Source: Orbicella franksi (lineage: Eukaryota). From it: a stretch of DNA of 64,000 nt. This document shows positions 25,025 to 39,258 of this stretch, in pieces. The notes beneath the pieces were generated by a model. The model searched no databases. It had not been told where the DNA came from and was given only the letters and a program-made list of their open reading frames with translations. Numbering within the stretch: the stretch's first letter is position 1; every line of letters begins with the position of its first letter. The translations under genes were made by a program, and so were the position numbers. The stretch spans positions 27,838,001-27,902,000 of the forward strand of contig OZ116705.1 in NCBI GenBank assembly GCA_964199315.1, in the 5' to 3' direction.

Positions 25025-28000
25025 GGTTACGATTTTATATGAACGAAAAAAATGGACCAAAAAAATCATCTGAATGTGTTTAGTTAAAACAAAGTATCGA
25101 ACAAGAAGCCTATTATTGTTATACATGATTCAATATTCAGGCCTGCATAATATTATTTTTCTACAGGGTTTATTTTTAATGGATCTCAAAAGTCTCATTG
25201 TCAGTTTGTAACACTGTGTGTGTGTCTACAGAATATTTCTAGAGTATTTTTCCAAGCAGCATTTAGATAACTGTGTTTTGCGTATGCCACAAGCAGTGAT
25301 TTGCAAGCTTCCAGATTACATCTGATAGTTTTTTGCTGCACTTGATTACTTATAAGCCAACACTTGATTATCTTGTAATGTGCACAGATGACAACAACTT
25401 TCACTCCAACAGATCAATGGCCAACAGTTTAATCAATCAGTTCTTAAAAGTACAGCTTACTCGCACATAACAAGTCTACTATATGAGTCTTCCTTACATT
25501 GTCACACACTGAATGCCATTTGTCTGCTTCACAATCTTCATTTCGTCAATTCTCCAGTCTCTTCGGTTCCTCAATTCTTCGGCATCAAGCTCCTTTCTCA
25601 ATCGTTTTCTGCCAGATTTTTCGGGACTGGTTGTGAGGAAGTAATTGCTGAGCTTGCTCTGGATTTTGGAGGCATGTTAGCGACAAACAAAGATTTTGAA
25701 ACCTAGAATAAGAAAAAAAAGCTGTTGCTCGTGTGGCAAGAAACAGAAAACTGAAGCACGAGACCTAGCGTGACAAGTGATATCCTAACTTGGGCCCAGC
25801 CCCCACTTCAGTGTGTGAGAACCTCATTTCTCACCTCTTTCGCAAGCTCAGCCGGCGAGAATGAATTACTCCCACATTACAAGTTCGCTCATTTTGTAAT
25901 GTGTGTGGACAACAACATTTTTCACTCCAACTGTTCAGCGGCTAATGGTTTAATCAATCAGCTCTTTTATATCCTCACATTACATGTTTGTTATGCATTA
26001 GGAATTTGCAATATAACTATCTATTCATTAGCAATGCATTAAAATGTAACTACATACATATTTATGCATGCACCTTAGCTTGAGCAATCATTACATCTGT
26101 TTGGTTACAACTGCATAAAGTGAAATATTTTCTCAGAAATATTGCCTCAAATATATTTATTTTTTAAAATTAGCTGATTTAAATTAACATGTTATTTTTT
26201 TGACAGTGGGGGATTTTTCTATATTCATTATGAATAAGCTACTTTTGTAGTGTAGTTAAGTTTTTTTTTGTTCTTCGTGTTCTGGTATATTATTATTTCA
26301 ATATCATTCCTAAGGAATTTCCAACTTTATAGAATTGTTATACTCAATTAATGTATTGAAATATTGAAGTTAATAGTAAGAGAAACTGTAAAGTAATAAA
26401 TGAAAAACAATATTTTGGTAATATATTCAAACTCACAGAACACACTGACACAACTTCACAAACATGTTTCTCCTTCCTGTTGAGAATTCACTGAAAGTTT
26501 TCAACACACAGTTCACGCAACATGACGAGTTAATTGTAATGCTCAGTGTTTTGTGCACAATCATTAGAAAACACTCAGATACATCTATGGTAAATCTATT
26601 ACAGATGCAGAACTTAACACTAAAATTAACAACATATTCAAACAAGTTAACAGGAATTGTGAAACCTTACACTTAGAAGTTCTAAGCTGTCAAATATGAG
26701 GAAGGTACAAAAACAGCATCATGAATGCATCCATTTTACACAAACTCTTTCAAAGAAAAAACCGTCTGTGATGTAGTCAAGTGACATGACTCAATCCAAC
26801 TAAATGTGTACCGTGTAGCCTAAGTAATTGTTAGTTCTCGACATACCTAACTCAGTATCAGTTCATCAACTGATGCTGCTAGTCCAAAAGCCTCAACACT
26901 TCTTAAACTGTATCTGTTATGCAAAGATGAAAGGAGAACATGCTGAAACTAAATTTAACAATTAATGGATGATGTGTTTATCATATCCAGAATAATTCAA
27001 GGGTGAGGAAAATGTCTGACCCGTACTGAAGGTAGAGAACTTGACCACAGTGTCATTCAGGTGTGAGTGAAACCAGTTTAGGTTGAACACTAACTGGAGA
27101 TTTCATTGGTTGCTAAAACGTTTGTTTTATTCTCAACATTTTCTACCGTGTTCCTTGGCACATATTCTTTTTAAATACTTCTTTTACTACATCTATGGAT
27201 CTTGTTCACTTTTCGCCTGTTCAATAACTCTGACAACACAAATGTGTTCTTGTCAATTAGTCCTACAATTTCTGAATGTTCTCTGGAACAAAAATTAAAG
27301 CTTAACGCATATCAACACACTTGGTACAGTTTTATTCTAGCAAACATTTTTTTGTGATTGTCAAAAAGACGAAAACCTGTATATCTGGATAGATCAACAC
27401 CTTTACTTAATTTATAACAGGTGCTCCTTTTAGAAACAAAAACACCTAGGGTCAACAGAAGCCCTGATAATGTTTACTTAAAGAAATAATGGTATACAAA
27501 ATATAACTAAAACTACAACATGCTAAAAGCTATGTTTACAGTAAATTATTTAAATTAGAAGACTATTTACAGTGAAACAATGAAAATGGGGAATAAGTAT
27601 AAAATGAGTAATAACTAAAGAAAAACAACTTATTTGATACAACTGGGCTTAATTGATTTCTCAATAGCCAAAAAAAATAACGTAGAAAAAAATGTACATA
27701 ACATTGATACAAATTTTTTTAAAAAGTAAACAAATAAATAATAGAAAAAAAGTTTTAATACAAACTTTCCTTGATCAAGCAATATCCAAAGAGAACAATA
27801 TTTATTTGTTTATATAGTCATTTGTATGAAAGGTGGAAAAAATGGCAAAAACCCATGCATAGTCTTAACTGTGGTTTCAAAAAGTTTGGTGCTGGCATTA
27901 CGTTGCTCTGCTGGACTGTTTTGGCCAGAAACCCTGTACATGTGGTTTGGCAGTTGGTTTGGTTATTTGGTCTGTTGAAGGGCATGAAATGAAGCACAAT

Positions 28001-28419
28001 TAATATCTAATGTGCAGTAACATTCCTCCCTCCTTAGTTTCAGCTGTCTTCAGCAGTGATGTAAAGATAAATTGGGAGTGGAAATATCTTCAATTAAGAC
28101 TAAAAAGTAAGATCATTGTCAATGCAACTACATTTCCAGGCCCAAAGGGGAACAATGTGATTATATGTATCTTCCCCCAAGGTAGAAGGCACCCGCAGAA
28201 TATGTATTGGAAAGGAACATGACTGTGGTGTAATGGGACCGTTGAAATGGTCTGCACCAGGCTTGTTACAGTATTGTTGGATTTCCCTTCAAAGGAATTC
28301 TGCAGCATCATAACTTGAAAACATCTTGAGTAGTAGTATGTTTTCTTGAATGGCATGGACCAGGACTAGGGAAACCAGTTCCTGTGGTGAGCCAGGTGAC
28401 GAGACAACAATGGAGAGGG

Positions 28420-28588
28420 AAGGAAGAAACAGATGAGTTCTGCAACATTTATATTCCCTCCATTCACACCAAAAACAACATCATCACAATCACCATATGA
28501 AAGGATGATGAAGACAAATGCATCAAACTGGCTCTGATCTCTCGTTGCAAACTCTTGCTGTTTTCCTGATGTTATCCATAGTAAGATC
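28420..28588 (-). pseudogene. Caspase (peptidase C14) p20 pseudo-exon
   Basis: CAG acceptor, then DLTMDNIRKTA/(frameshift)EFATRDQSQFDAFVFIILSYGDCDDVVFGVNGGNINVAELI. The catalytic SHG reads SYG and no QACRG motif follows. Confidence 0.7.
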
Positions 28589-29447
28589 CTGTTTAACATA
28601 TACATTAACGTGGAAGTGTTGAATGAGGGCATTACACATTACAGTCAAAAATTCTTCTGACTTCAATTTTCACAATTAACCAATTACAAGTAACCAATCT
28701 TGCCTATTCAAAACAAAAACTCTAAGTAATGGTACTTACCATAAAACGGGCATTGCCTGGATGCATTGAATTCATAAATGTGGTAGGAGGTGGTCTTTGT
28801 TGAATGGGAAATAAGAGCAGGTGGAAAATACGATGATGATGATGTGATGTCTAAAGGCCTCCCAACTTGGTGATGGCAGGGATATGGGCACCTCCTCATG
28901 GCAAAGGTGCAACTAATCATAAAAAGTCAAAGGATTGTATGGAATAGTTTGGAATGAAAAGTTTTAGGTATTGTCTGGAACATAGGGAGGTGTGTCTTTG
29001 CTGGAAACTGGCACTTTTGCTCACTTTTAATCTCTAATGATCTCTTTTCAACTTCTGCTCTTGACAAACTTCATTCAACTCTGATCATTACAACTCTGAC
29101 GCGTAGGTTTGGCCCGTGCTCTTTCATCTGGATCACACCTGTGCTGTCAGTCAGCTGTCTAATCCATCAAATTCGGAAATCAATGCTTATGTCAGTACAT
29201 GCGCAGTGTTCTGCTAGCATGAATGCGGCTGTGCTGTATGTCACCCTAGGTATGCTCCTTCGCAGAATTTACTTGGTGAAAAATCTTTTCATTCCTATAT
29301 TTCCACTATCAAGCATAGGGTGTATGATCAAAATAAAACAGCACGTAAAATATAAAAATTATGAAGAATAAGTTTACAGAATAAAATCAAGGAAAGGTGC
29401 CAAGGTCTCTAATAAAAGTTGTTGTGGAAAATTCTCTACGACTAAAG

Positions 29448-30005
29448 TGTTACAAGAAATAGGTTTGCAAACTCCCAGCTTCGTGGGCGGGATTTCCAGT
29501 TAGAACTATCCATCTCATTAAGTGAACGTGCTCTTGGTACAAACACATTCTAACGAGGTGTGGCTGCTATTGCAAAGAATCTTTTTTTTTTTTTATTTGG
29601 GTCGAAGTGTGAATAAAGTAATTAACCATCGCTATCAAACTCTTTGAAAAGATCAGTAAAAAGAGCAAGGTTTGACTGAAAAATTGGACAGGAGACTAAA
29701 AATAAGTGAAGAAGTGCAACAACAGCCAAGTAATTTACACATATTTTGCTGTAGAACTATTTCCTAGGAAATGCAGCACCTGCATATACAACAACAACAA
29801 TAAGAGAAGACAACAGTTGATCAGCTAGACAAGGAGCCAGTCCATAATGTCACTGTATCCCTAACACCTAAAATATTCCAAGATTATATTTCGAATGACC
29901 CAACACCTATCTCCTAAAACGTTACCATTACCTTTTTACCCATTATTACTCACAAATATATATGGTTGGGAATTTATATCTTGCTTGCAATTTTATTGTT
30001 TTACA
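29448..30005. mobile_element. LTR-like repeat (TG...CA); second copy at 56463-57230
   Basis: Begins tgttacaagaaatagg, ends ttttaca; clearly similar to 56463-57230. Confidence 0.55.
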
Positions 30006-30635
30006 TTTGTTTGTAAACGACGAACTTCCATACTTTGTGTCTAGCAAACCTCCCATCCTGATACCACCTGAAGGTGCTCTGCCCAATCATGTTGTGTGGG
30101 TTGTGTTATTGGACGATTTATATGAAAATCACCTTTTCCTTATGGGAGCAAGCAGGGAAAATCCATTGTGAAAAAATATGGAGTTATAAACTCAGATGCT
30201 GGGGCTGTGTCGGTGCTCGGCCATGAGATCACCAGTTGTTCACTACCTCAAATTATTGGTCTACTAAATGAACATTGGCGATAAAAAGGTAAAAACTTAG
30301 TGTTGATAAACAATGGAATGGTATGTTCATTTTTCTTTGCAAAGTATGTGAGATGCAGTACATGTTTTTGTAATAGTAAGACTATTGGTAAATATTTAGA
30401 ACATTTTACTTTTAAAGAGGTGCGAAGTGACGAGAGTCACTTGTGAAGGCACGAGGCATATACTGAATACACAATGACTGGAAAATAGACATGACTAAAG
30501 GCAATGATAACCTTGTTAGTGCTTACAAATTGGATCCTGCTCTATTTCCTCATTACATTACATTCCTATGGCCTTAGTTTGAAGCTGTCCTCAGCTGGTA
30601 GGTGAAGGGCCCATCTTTTAGGTCAGTTTCTGATC

Positions 30636-30990
30636 CTAAAACCATTTTGTGAAGGCAAGGACTTTTGTTACTGTGGTTGGACCCTCTTCTGGACAAAGCA
30701 AAGTTAGCCATTTCACTGGTGGGCAGTTTGGGTTTTTCAAATTTTTCTTTGGCGATTTTCGGCCCTTTGTCCAAAATATAAAAGAGGAAGGCACTGAAAG
30801 GCCCACCTGAAAAAGCATCTAACAAGGCATCTTGGATGAACTTAAGAAGCCCTGTCTTGGCTGTGCATTGTAGCAGCCCCACTGAGGTAATTTTCCATCT
30901 GGGCTGCTTGCTAGTCGGCGATATGCCAAGGGAGTCATCTACGTATGACGCGTTTTCAGGGTCAAAATTAAAAGCTAACTTTTCCAACTT
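30636..30990 (-). pseudogene. DEDD/DnaQ-like accessory ORF remnant (same lineage as 52485-53009)
   Basis: WKITSVGLLQCTAKTGLLKFIQDALLDA and, in a second frame, KNLKNPNCPP..TTVTKVLAFTKWF align with the 52485-53009 copy. Confidence 0.65.
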
Positions 30991-31104
30991 TTTTACCTGC
31001 TAGTTATAGTAAATGTCACTCATTTCCTGTCTTTAAAATTAGACAGTGTACATCTCTTTTGACCTCCAAAATGATACATCTTGCATTTCCTGAGTACTAA
31101 AATC

Positions 31105-31745
31105 ATATTATTTTCAGATAATTACCTGACAAGTAAAGGTCCTCCAATTCAGTCAGGTCAGTAACAGCAGTCAACAACCTTCCTATGCTCATATCAGTAT
31201 CCAGAGTTTATTGAGATGTTTTATGTGTGATGATATAGCTGTCAGCTGGTTGTTTCCCACATTCAGCTCTACCATCTCCTTCAGTTCACCAATCTCATCA
31301 GGCAATGTATTCAACTGGTTGTAACTCAACAACAGTCTCCAGAGTTTACTGAGATGTTTTATGTGTGATGATAAAACTGGCAGCTGGTTTTTTCCCACGT
31401 TCAGCCCTTCCAGCTCCTTCAGTTCACCAATCTCATCAGGCAATGTAGTCAATTGGTTATATCTCAAGTCCAGTCCCTGGAGATTCTTGAGAGGTTTAAT
31501 GTTTGAAGGTAGAACAAACAACTGGTTGTCATCCATACTTAGCATGGTCAGGTTACTCAACTCACAAATAATGTGAGGAAGTTCTGTCAATTGGTTCTTG
31601 TTTAATCTCAGCATTTTGAGATCTTTCAGCTTGTTAATACTTGTTGGTAATTGTTTCAGATAGTTACCTGACAAGCCAAGTTTCTCCAATTCAGTCAAGT
31701 CAGAAAGAGCTTCAGGAACTTTTGACAACCCTCTGTTACTAAGAT
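31105..31745 (-). pseudogene. Leucine-rich repeat protein fragment, about 7 repeats
   Basis: ORF 31189-31728 has regular LxxLxLxxNxLxxLP repeats, then restarts with another N-terminal repeat and is truncated. Confidence 0.85.
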
Positions 31746-31789
31746 CTGAAACCCTGTCTCTAATAAAATTTGTAACCTCAGTTCATCAA

Positions 31790-32400
31790 TTTCATGAGGC
31801 AATGTTGTCAACTGATTATCACCCAACAACTACAGTATAACCTCTGGAGATTCTTGAGGTGTTTAATGTTTGAAGGTAGAACAGACAACTGGTTGGTTTC
31901 TAAGCTTGGCCAGGTTTTTCAACTCACAAATAGTGTGTGGAAGTTCTCTGCTTGATATTACTCACATCAAACATTATGAGCTCCATCAGCTTACCAACAT
32001 CATCAGGCCATGTGGTCAACTTGTTATTGTACAAGTAGAGTCTTTTCAGTTCTTTGAGGCGTTCAATGTTTGAAGGTAGAACAGACAACTGGTTGTTACT
32101 CACACTAAGCATGGTCAGGTTACTCAACTCGCAAATCGTGTGTGGAAATTGAAGATCTCTCAACTGGTTGTTGTCTAATGTCAGCGTTTTGAGATTTTTC
32201 AGCTTGTTAATACTTGTTGGTAATTCTTCCAGATAATTACCAGACAAGTCAAGGTGCTCCGATTCAGTCAGGTCATAATCAGCTTCAGGAACTTTTGACA
32301 ACCCTCCTATGCCCATACCCAAACCTCTTCTCCTTCTTCATTTGTGGAAATTAACTTCCTGAGTTCCACTGCTGAAATATTCCTATATACAGTGTAGATA
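31790..32400 (-). pseudogene. LRR protein 5' fragment (copy B)
   Basis: ORF 31924-32322 with LRRs, frameshifts at both ends. Confidence 0.8.
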
Positions 32401-35400
32401 TACAACTGTTTAAATGCTTGCTTTTAAAACTTTTGTTAAAGTATCTACAAACACATCAACACCTTAATTCAAATCAATCAAGGAGAAGCATCAAGTGATT
32501 TCAAGCTTCTTATGACAAAAATCACAACATTTAAAGTAATTACTGTCATTGGATAAAGAATACAAATTAAAAAGCATGTCGTCATTTTCATTCATATCAA
32601 TAGTAGGCTGCAGCAAGCTTTTTAGTTTTAGGAGAGATTTTAAATGCAAATGCCTGAGCCTACCATCAGATTTTTGTAAGAGTGATTGATCTGTGCTCGT
32701 CCAAATATGTTAATAATCTTAACAAGCCTAATTTATCTTCAACATATCCAAGCTACAGGTACCTTAACTCAATGTAGCTCTCACTTATGGTTTATGAGTA
32801 GAACTCACATTTTCACTCTCTGTGCAATAAATGAGGTGACAAACTTCGATTTAAGTTTGTTTTGTTGAAGAAGGCCTCTCCCTGCAGTTCTCAAAATAAG
32901 ATAAGGACCCCTGAACTAAAACAGATCATTGCAGGAGCTGTTCTGTGATCTTACTTCATTTCATAACAGATATCCTGTGATAAACACAGGTTGCTGAGAT
33001 GTGCATGACTTTTTGCTAAGAGAGAATGAAGTTAAGAGACAGGTAACCTGTGGGTAAAACCTACAGCACGGGATTGACAATTTCAAGACCTTCCCAAGTT
33101 TCCGAAACTGGAAGTTATCAAAATATAGCTTTAGAGAGATTACCTTGGGATAATGAAAATATGGCTGATTATTCATCTCTTAAGCTTCACCCTCTAGCTG
33201 AGAACTTCAGCTTAAAAAAAGATACAACTTTGAACATCAAAACAACTTAATTCCATGAATTCTGGAGAATTCCATTGCAGATGAAATTTTCACCTAATTC
33301 CTTCTGTCGCAAAGCAGATGTTGTGGTTTAACAGTGTAAGATTTATTGAGTCTCCTCATTAAGGTTTTCAGGTTATGCTGGCTTAAGTTGCACTCATATT
33401 ATGTCAGAAAACTATAATTTAGAAAAACTAAATCGAACATCTTTGTTATCCATAAAATGGTTGATTTCAACGGTTTGAGTTGCCCAAAATAGAGAGATTT
33501 AATAATCATCTTGGTATGTTTACCTGTAGAAATGAAAGTAGATGGTCACGCAGCTAGCTATGATCTTGGTCTATGGTCCTGGTTTTCCCCTGTGAACTAT
33601 GTTGTTCGCAGGGGAAATTTCTGGAGTAAATGAAACACTGAGTTAAAAAAATACCCATAAATTGAATAAATGTTGTTTGAATAAATATCAAATGAAGAAA
33701 ATTCCAACTGAACAAATACCAAGTAAATCCAAAAAATATCTTAAAATGTGTGCCAACATATTATTCCCCTCTTTAGAATGGTGCCTACCAGCATCCACAA
33801 AAACAAAGAAAAACCATGATGATGGTAATAGTAACAATTAATAAAATGCCAAATCATAATCACAGGAAAAGAGTACATGAGTTTACCACATTGCAAGATG
33901 TCTTCACCCTCATGGTGACTGCAAAAATATCCATGTGGCTGACAGAAGTTATGAACAGTTAGGAATTTCAAGAAAGTGGGTAATGTGACTTGTGACAGCC
34001 AGTCTACATTAAATGATGAAGAAGTACAGAAGTTGGTTTTCTTCCATTAGAGAAATAAACTGTAAAGTTGGCAGTCTTCATGGAATTGTTAAAGCAAAGT
34101 TTGGGGAAACAACTTTGACTTCAGCACTCTTCTATGATAGCAGGTTTTTTTGGGCGGCTTAAGGTGTTATCCTTGTTACAACAATCCAGAGGGAAACATG
34201 CTTGCAGCGAAGGAGTTTGTCAGACTCCTAGAGGACTCAGGATCTGTTACAGCAAAACAATCCAACGGGAAACAGAGAACACACAGTGTTTGGGTCCAAC
34301 AGTAGAGTTTAATCCCCTAACGTACTCAGAACGTAACCAAAGAATATTTTACAAGGCGCGACTATTTAAGCTGAAAGTACAATTGTAAAGGATTACGTAA
34401 AGCTATAAAAAAAGTCTTAACTAAACATTATCTCATACATTTCAGAAGGCTCGATTGGCTATAACGGAATTCATCGTTTACAAGATTAATAACTTCCAAA
34501 ACAATACAGGTAGAAAACAGTTTAACAAAAGACTATTGCAGGTAGCAATTACAGTTCAACTCTAACTACAGTTATGATCTTACACAAAACAGCAGGTGTT
34601 TGTTAAGGTTAATGAATTGGAACACTAATCTCTAGCTTAGAAATGCAAAACGAACTAAAACTAATGTATCTACGTTGGCTTTCTATATTTTCTGATAGCG
34701 AAAGCAAATATGTAAAACATACTAAATTATCTGATTTTCTCTCCTCACATTTCTCCAACCTTAGTTTGAAACTCTCCTAAGTCAAGCAATAAAAATTTAA
34801 AAGTACAATCAAAGTAATAGCAGCATCAATGTAAACAGCGGGGCAAGGAATAATTTAAACATTAAAGAAAGGTATAACGAGGGCTATAGATAAATATACA
34901 TCGTTGCGTATTATTGTTGTTTTAAATGTTGTATTGAATTTTTTATTTGATTTTTGTGCCTGAACCGCGTCATAAACCAAACAAGCCGAAATATAGTGGC
35001 CTTGTGGGGTTCAAATTGGTAAGCAAAAAGAGCGAAAACGAAAAAAGTAAAAGCGAAATATACCACCCTATTGATAGCGAAACGACTAGATGTATATAAA
35101 GAAAATTATGAGTAAGTCTGCTATCCCCAAAAGAAGTCTGTCTCTTGAAATAGATCTGGGAAGATCTCATAGGCCATCTGGAGAGTCTGTGGTGGCGAGT
35201 GACTGCAGGCAAGGATATATAAATGCTTGGCCAGGTTTTGATATTGGGCCACGTACAGACTTTCAATTCCCTTGAATGTGGAGGGACTTTGACAGGTTTC
35301 CTCGTCTGTCATGTAATCCAGTAGGTATGGCGCCAAATAATCTTCCTGTATGATCAGATATTGCGCCACGGCGCAGACTTAAGGAAAGGGAAAATGCTTG

Positions 35401-35920
35401 GGTTCAATGGTGCGTCCTTCCAGGAGCTGGACCATGATGGCCAGGGTGGTGCTATCCACTGCCTGGGGAGGAAAGGAAATGTTTTCTTCGGGATGGTGAC
35501 CCTCAGGGCATCTGGGGCAAAACACCAGTGGAGAACGCAGTTTTCCCGCAACCATCTCACAAATCGCGGCAATATCCAAAGCAGTGTTATGTAGCCGGTG
35601 AACGAGGAATGAAGTTCCATCGTTTACTTGAAGTCGCAGTACTGCCATGATAGTCCAGGAAGCGAACAGATAAAGGACTTGAAGAACACGCGGAGAGATC
35701 ACACTAGGCTAACAGCACTAAGTAAAGGTAGCGAAATGGGAAGCGGGACTTGCATAAATATTAAGGTGAATAAAGCGTGGGTCTGGCTTCTCAAGTAATG
35801 CGACTTACTCTTCTTCTTGAAAAACCAAGGGGTTACATTCATCTGTTTCTCTGACTCTCCCCAGAAAGCTTGTTGTAACTACGCTGAATCTCAACCAATG
35901 TGATAACAGGTTTTCTGGGC
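32025..35920. repeat. Segmental duplication copy 1 (LRR 5' end, upstream DNA, mini-LTR element)
   Basis: Near-identical ORFs at an offset of about 5.13 kb (32686/37819, 34134/39260, 35361/40487). Confidence 0.95.
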
Positions 35921-35995
35921 CGCTTAAGATGTTATCCTTGTTACAACAATCCAGAGGGAAACACGCTTGCAGCGACGGAGTTTGTCAGACTCTTG
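34133..35995 (-). mobile_element. Non-autonomous LTR element: truncated 5' LTR, PBS-like site, BTB-like ORF (frameshifted), 3' LTR 34133-34749
   Basis: LTR terminus repeated at 34133 and 35899; TGTGA...TCACA ends; TGG follows the 5' LTR end; purine-rich tract before the 3' LTR. Confidence 0.6.
35121..35648 (-). pseudogene. Frameshifted copy of the BTB-like ORF
   Basis: Split between ORFs 35379-35702 and 35121-35369. Confidence 0.7.
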
Positions 35996-37149
35996 AGTTC
36001 AAACATATTCAAGGAGTAGCCACAGTGTTATCGGCAGCAGGGACATGTTTCTTTTCATTTTGTGCAAAGCGTGCGAAGTGTTAGTGAATTTTAATTAAAC
36101 GGCCAAATTTCAATGTACAAAAGGACGACTAAACAAGCAAAGTTTGGCTAAAAAATTAGACAGCAAAATCCTGATAAGTTATGGAATGCGGAATGACTAT
36201 TTCCAGGAAGAGCACTTCCAAAAACTAGACATTGATTTTATTTCATTATCTCGATTGATGCCAAAAAGAAACTAACCATGGCAACAGTAAACACAGCTGG
36301 AAAGTCCCTAAAATAATGATGTGACGATAGGTTTTTTCTGCAAGCTGTATAAATTTCTGACTGAACAGACACTTGAACTGACAACTGGGGGAACCTAACT
36401 CTGGAGAGCACTGCTTGGCTGCGGGAATGGAAATTCGTTACGATTTCCTGATACATGAGGATCTACTTCAATGGTCTTCACTACGGACGTCAAGGAAGGG
36501 CGGTAACTTGGTCCAACGGTAGTTTATTCTGCACTCGCCAATACTAATCGTAATCGTCGACGTAATTGACGTTGTAGTCAAAAAAGCTTTACAAACGCAC
36601 TTGCATATATATCATCCTTTACACATCAAGTGTTTACAATATGACAGTGCAACTTCTAGTATTCTCTATGAGCAGAAATTACTTTGATTAAAATAGCGAA
36701 TTCTAATCAACACCACAAAGTTTTTAGAATTAAAAATAAAGAGCTACGATTAAAATTCACAGCTTGAAATTATCTTAAATTGGCTAACCTGAGAAGAAAC
36801 TAATAAAATTTCTTTACCGAAAAATAGTTCAGTTGGCTAGCTTCCAAGGGAACGGAAGGTAGATTTTAATAATGAAAGGAAACTCAAATGACCCGATAGC
36901 AAACTATTTGTCTTCTAAATGACAGTTAAAGAAACAGCGTTGCACATGTCGAGGTGTACAAAGAATAGGCAATGTACAAAGTAGAATAATAACTCGAGAT
37001 TCCTAGTTTTTAAAGAGGCTACTGTTGGCTTTTCCATATTTTCCTGTTGGTTATATTTCTTGAAAGCGATATATGCATTCTAAATCCCAAAAGTGAATGA
37101 ATTGGTGAACAAAACTAAGATTAACAAGTTCCCTATTACTGAACCAAAA

Positions 37150-37500
37150 TACATTGTTATTGTACAAGTAGAGTCTTTTCAGTTCTTTGAGGGGTTCAAT
37201 GTTTGAAGGTAGAACAGACAACTGGTTGTTACTCACACTAAGCATGATCAGGTTACTCAACTCGCAAATGGTGTGTGGAAATTGAAGATCTCTCAACTGG
37301 TTGTTGTCTAATGTCAGCGTTTTGAGATTTTTCAGCTTGTTAATACTTGTTGGTAATTCTTCCAGATAATTACCAGACAAGTCAAGGTGCTCCGATTCAG
37401 TCAGGTCATAATCAGCTTCAGGAACTTTTGACAACCCTCCTATGCCTATACCCAGACCTCTTGTCCTTCTTCATTTGTGGAAATTAACTTCCTAAGTTCC
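37150..37500 (-). pseudogene. LRR fragment (copy C), fused at its 3' end to retroelement 3' DNA
   Basis: ORF 37051-37434 is near-identical to copy B up to YLYNN, then unrelated. Confidence 0.8.
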
Positions 37501-39258
37501 ACTGCTGAAATATTCCTATATACAGTGTAGATATACAACTGTTTAAATGCTTGCTTTTAAAACTTTTGTTAAAGTATCTACAAACACATCAACACCTTAA
37601 TTCAAATCAATCGGGGAGAAGCATCAAGTGATTTCAAGCTTCTTACGACAAAAATCACAACATTTAAAGCAATTACTGTCATTGGATAAAGAATACAAAT
37701 TAAAAAGAATGTCATCATTTTCATTCATATCAATAGTAGGCTGCCACAAGCGTTTTAGTTTTAGGAGAGATTTTAAATGCAAATGCCTGAGCCTACCATC
37801 AGATTTTTGTAAGAGTGATTGATCTGTGCTCGTCCAAATATGTTAATAATCTTAACAAGCCTAATTTATCTTCAACATATCCAAGCTACAGGTACCTTAA
37901 CTCAATGTAGCTCTCACTTATGGTTTATGAGTAGAACTCACATTTTCACTCTCTGTGCAATAAATGAGGTGACAAACTTCGATTTAAGTTTGTTTTGTTG
38001 AAGAAGGCCTCTCCCTGCAGTTCTCAAAATAAGATAAGGACCCCTGAACTAAAACAGATCATTGCAGGAGCTGTTCTGTGATCTTACTTCATTTCATAAC
38101 AGATATCCTGTGATAAACACAGGTTGCTGAGATGTGCATGACTTTTTGCTAAGAGAGAATGAAGTTAAGAGACAGGTAACCTGTGGGTAAAACCTACAGC
38201 ACGGGATTGACAATTTCAAGACCTTCCCAAGTTTCCGAAACTGGAAGTTATCAAAATATAGCTTTAGAGAGACTACCTTGGGATAATGAAAATATGGCTG
38301 ATTATTCATCTCTTAAGCTTTACCCTCTAGCTGAGAACTTCAGCTTAAAAAAAGATACAACTTTGAACATCAAAACAACTTAATTCCATGAATTCTGGAG
38401 AATTCCATTGCAGATGAAATTTTCACCTAATTCCTTCTGTCGCAAAGCAGATGTTGTGGGTTAACAGTGTAAGATTTATTGAGTCTCCTCATTAAGGTTT
38501 TTCAGGTTATGCTGGCTTAAGTTACACTCATATTATGTCAGAAAACCATAATTTACAAAAACTAAATCAAACATCTGTGTTATCCATAAAATGGTTGATT
38601 TCAATGGTTTGAGTTGCCCAAAAAAGAGAGATTTAATCATCATATCTTGGTATGTTTACCTGTAGAAATGAAAGTGGATTGTCAAGGAGCTAGCTATGAT
38701 CTTGGTCTATGATCCTGGTCTTCCCCTGTGAGCTATGTTGTTCGCAGGGGAAATTTCTGGAGTAAATGAAACACTGAGTTAAAAAAAAATACCCATAAAT
38801 TGAATTAATGTAGTTTGAATAAATATCAAATGAAGAAAATTCCAACTGAACAAATACCAAGTAAATCCAAAAAATATCTTAAAATGTGTGCCAACATATT
38901 ATTCCCCTCTTTAGAATGGCGCCTACCAGCATCCACAAAAACAAAGAAAAACCATGATGATGGTAATAGTAACAATTAATAAAATGCCAAATCATAATCA
39001 CAGGAAAAGAGTACATGAGTTTACCACATTGCAAGATGTCTTCACCCTCATGGTGACTGCAAAAATATCCATGTGGCTGACAGAAGTTATGAACAATAAG
39101 AAATTTCAATGTGACTTGTGACAGCCAGTCTACATTAAATGATGAAGTAGTACAGAAGTTGGTTTTCTTCCATTAGAGAAATAAACTGTAAAGTTGGCAG
39201 TCTTCATGGAATTGTTAAAGCAAAGTTTGGGGAAACAACTTTGACTTCAGCACTCTTC

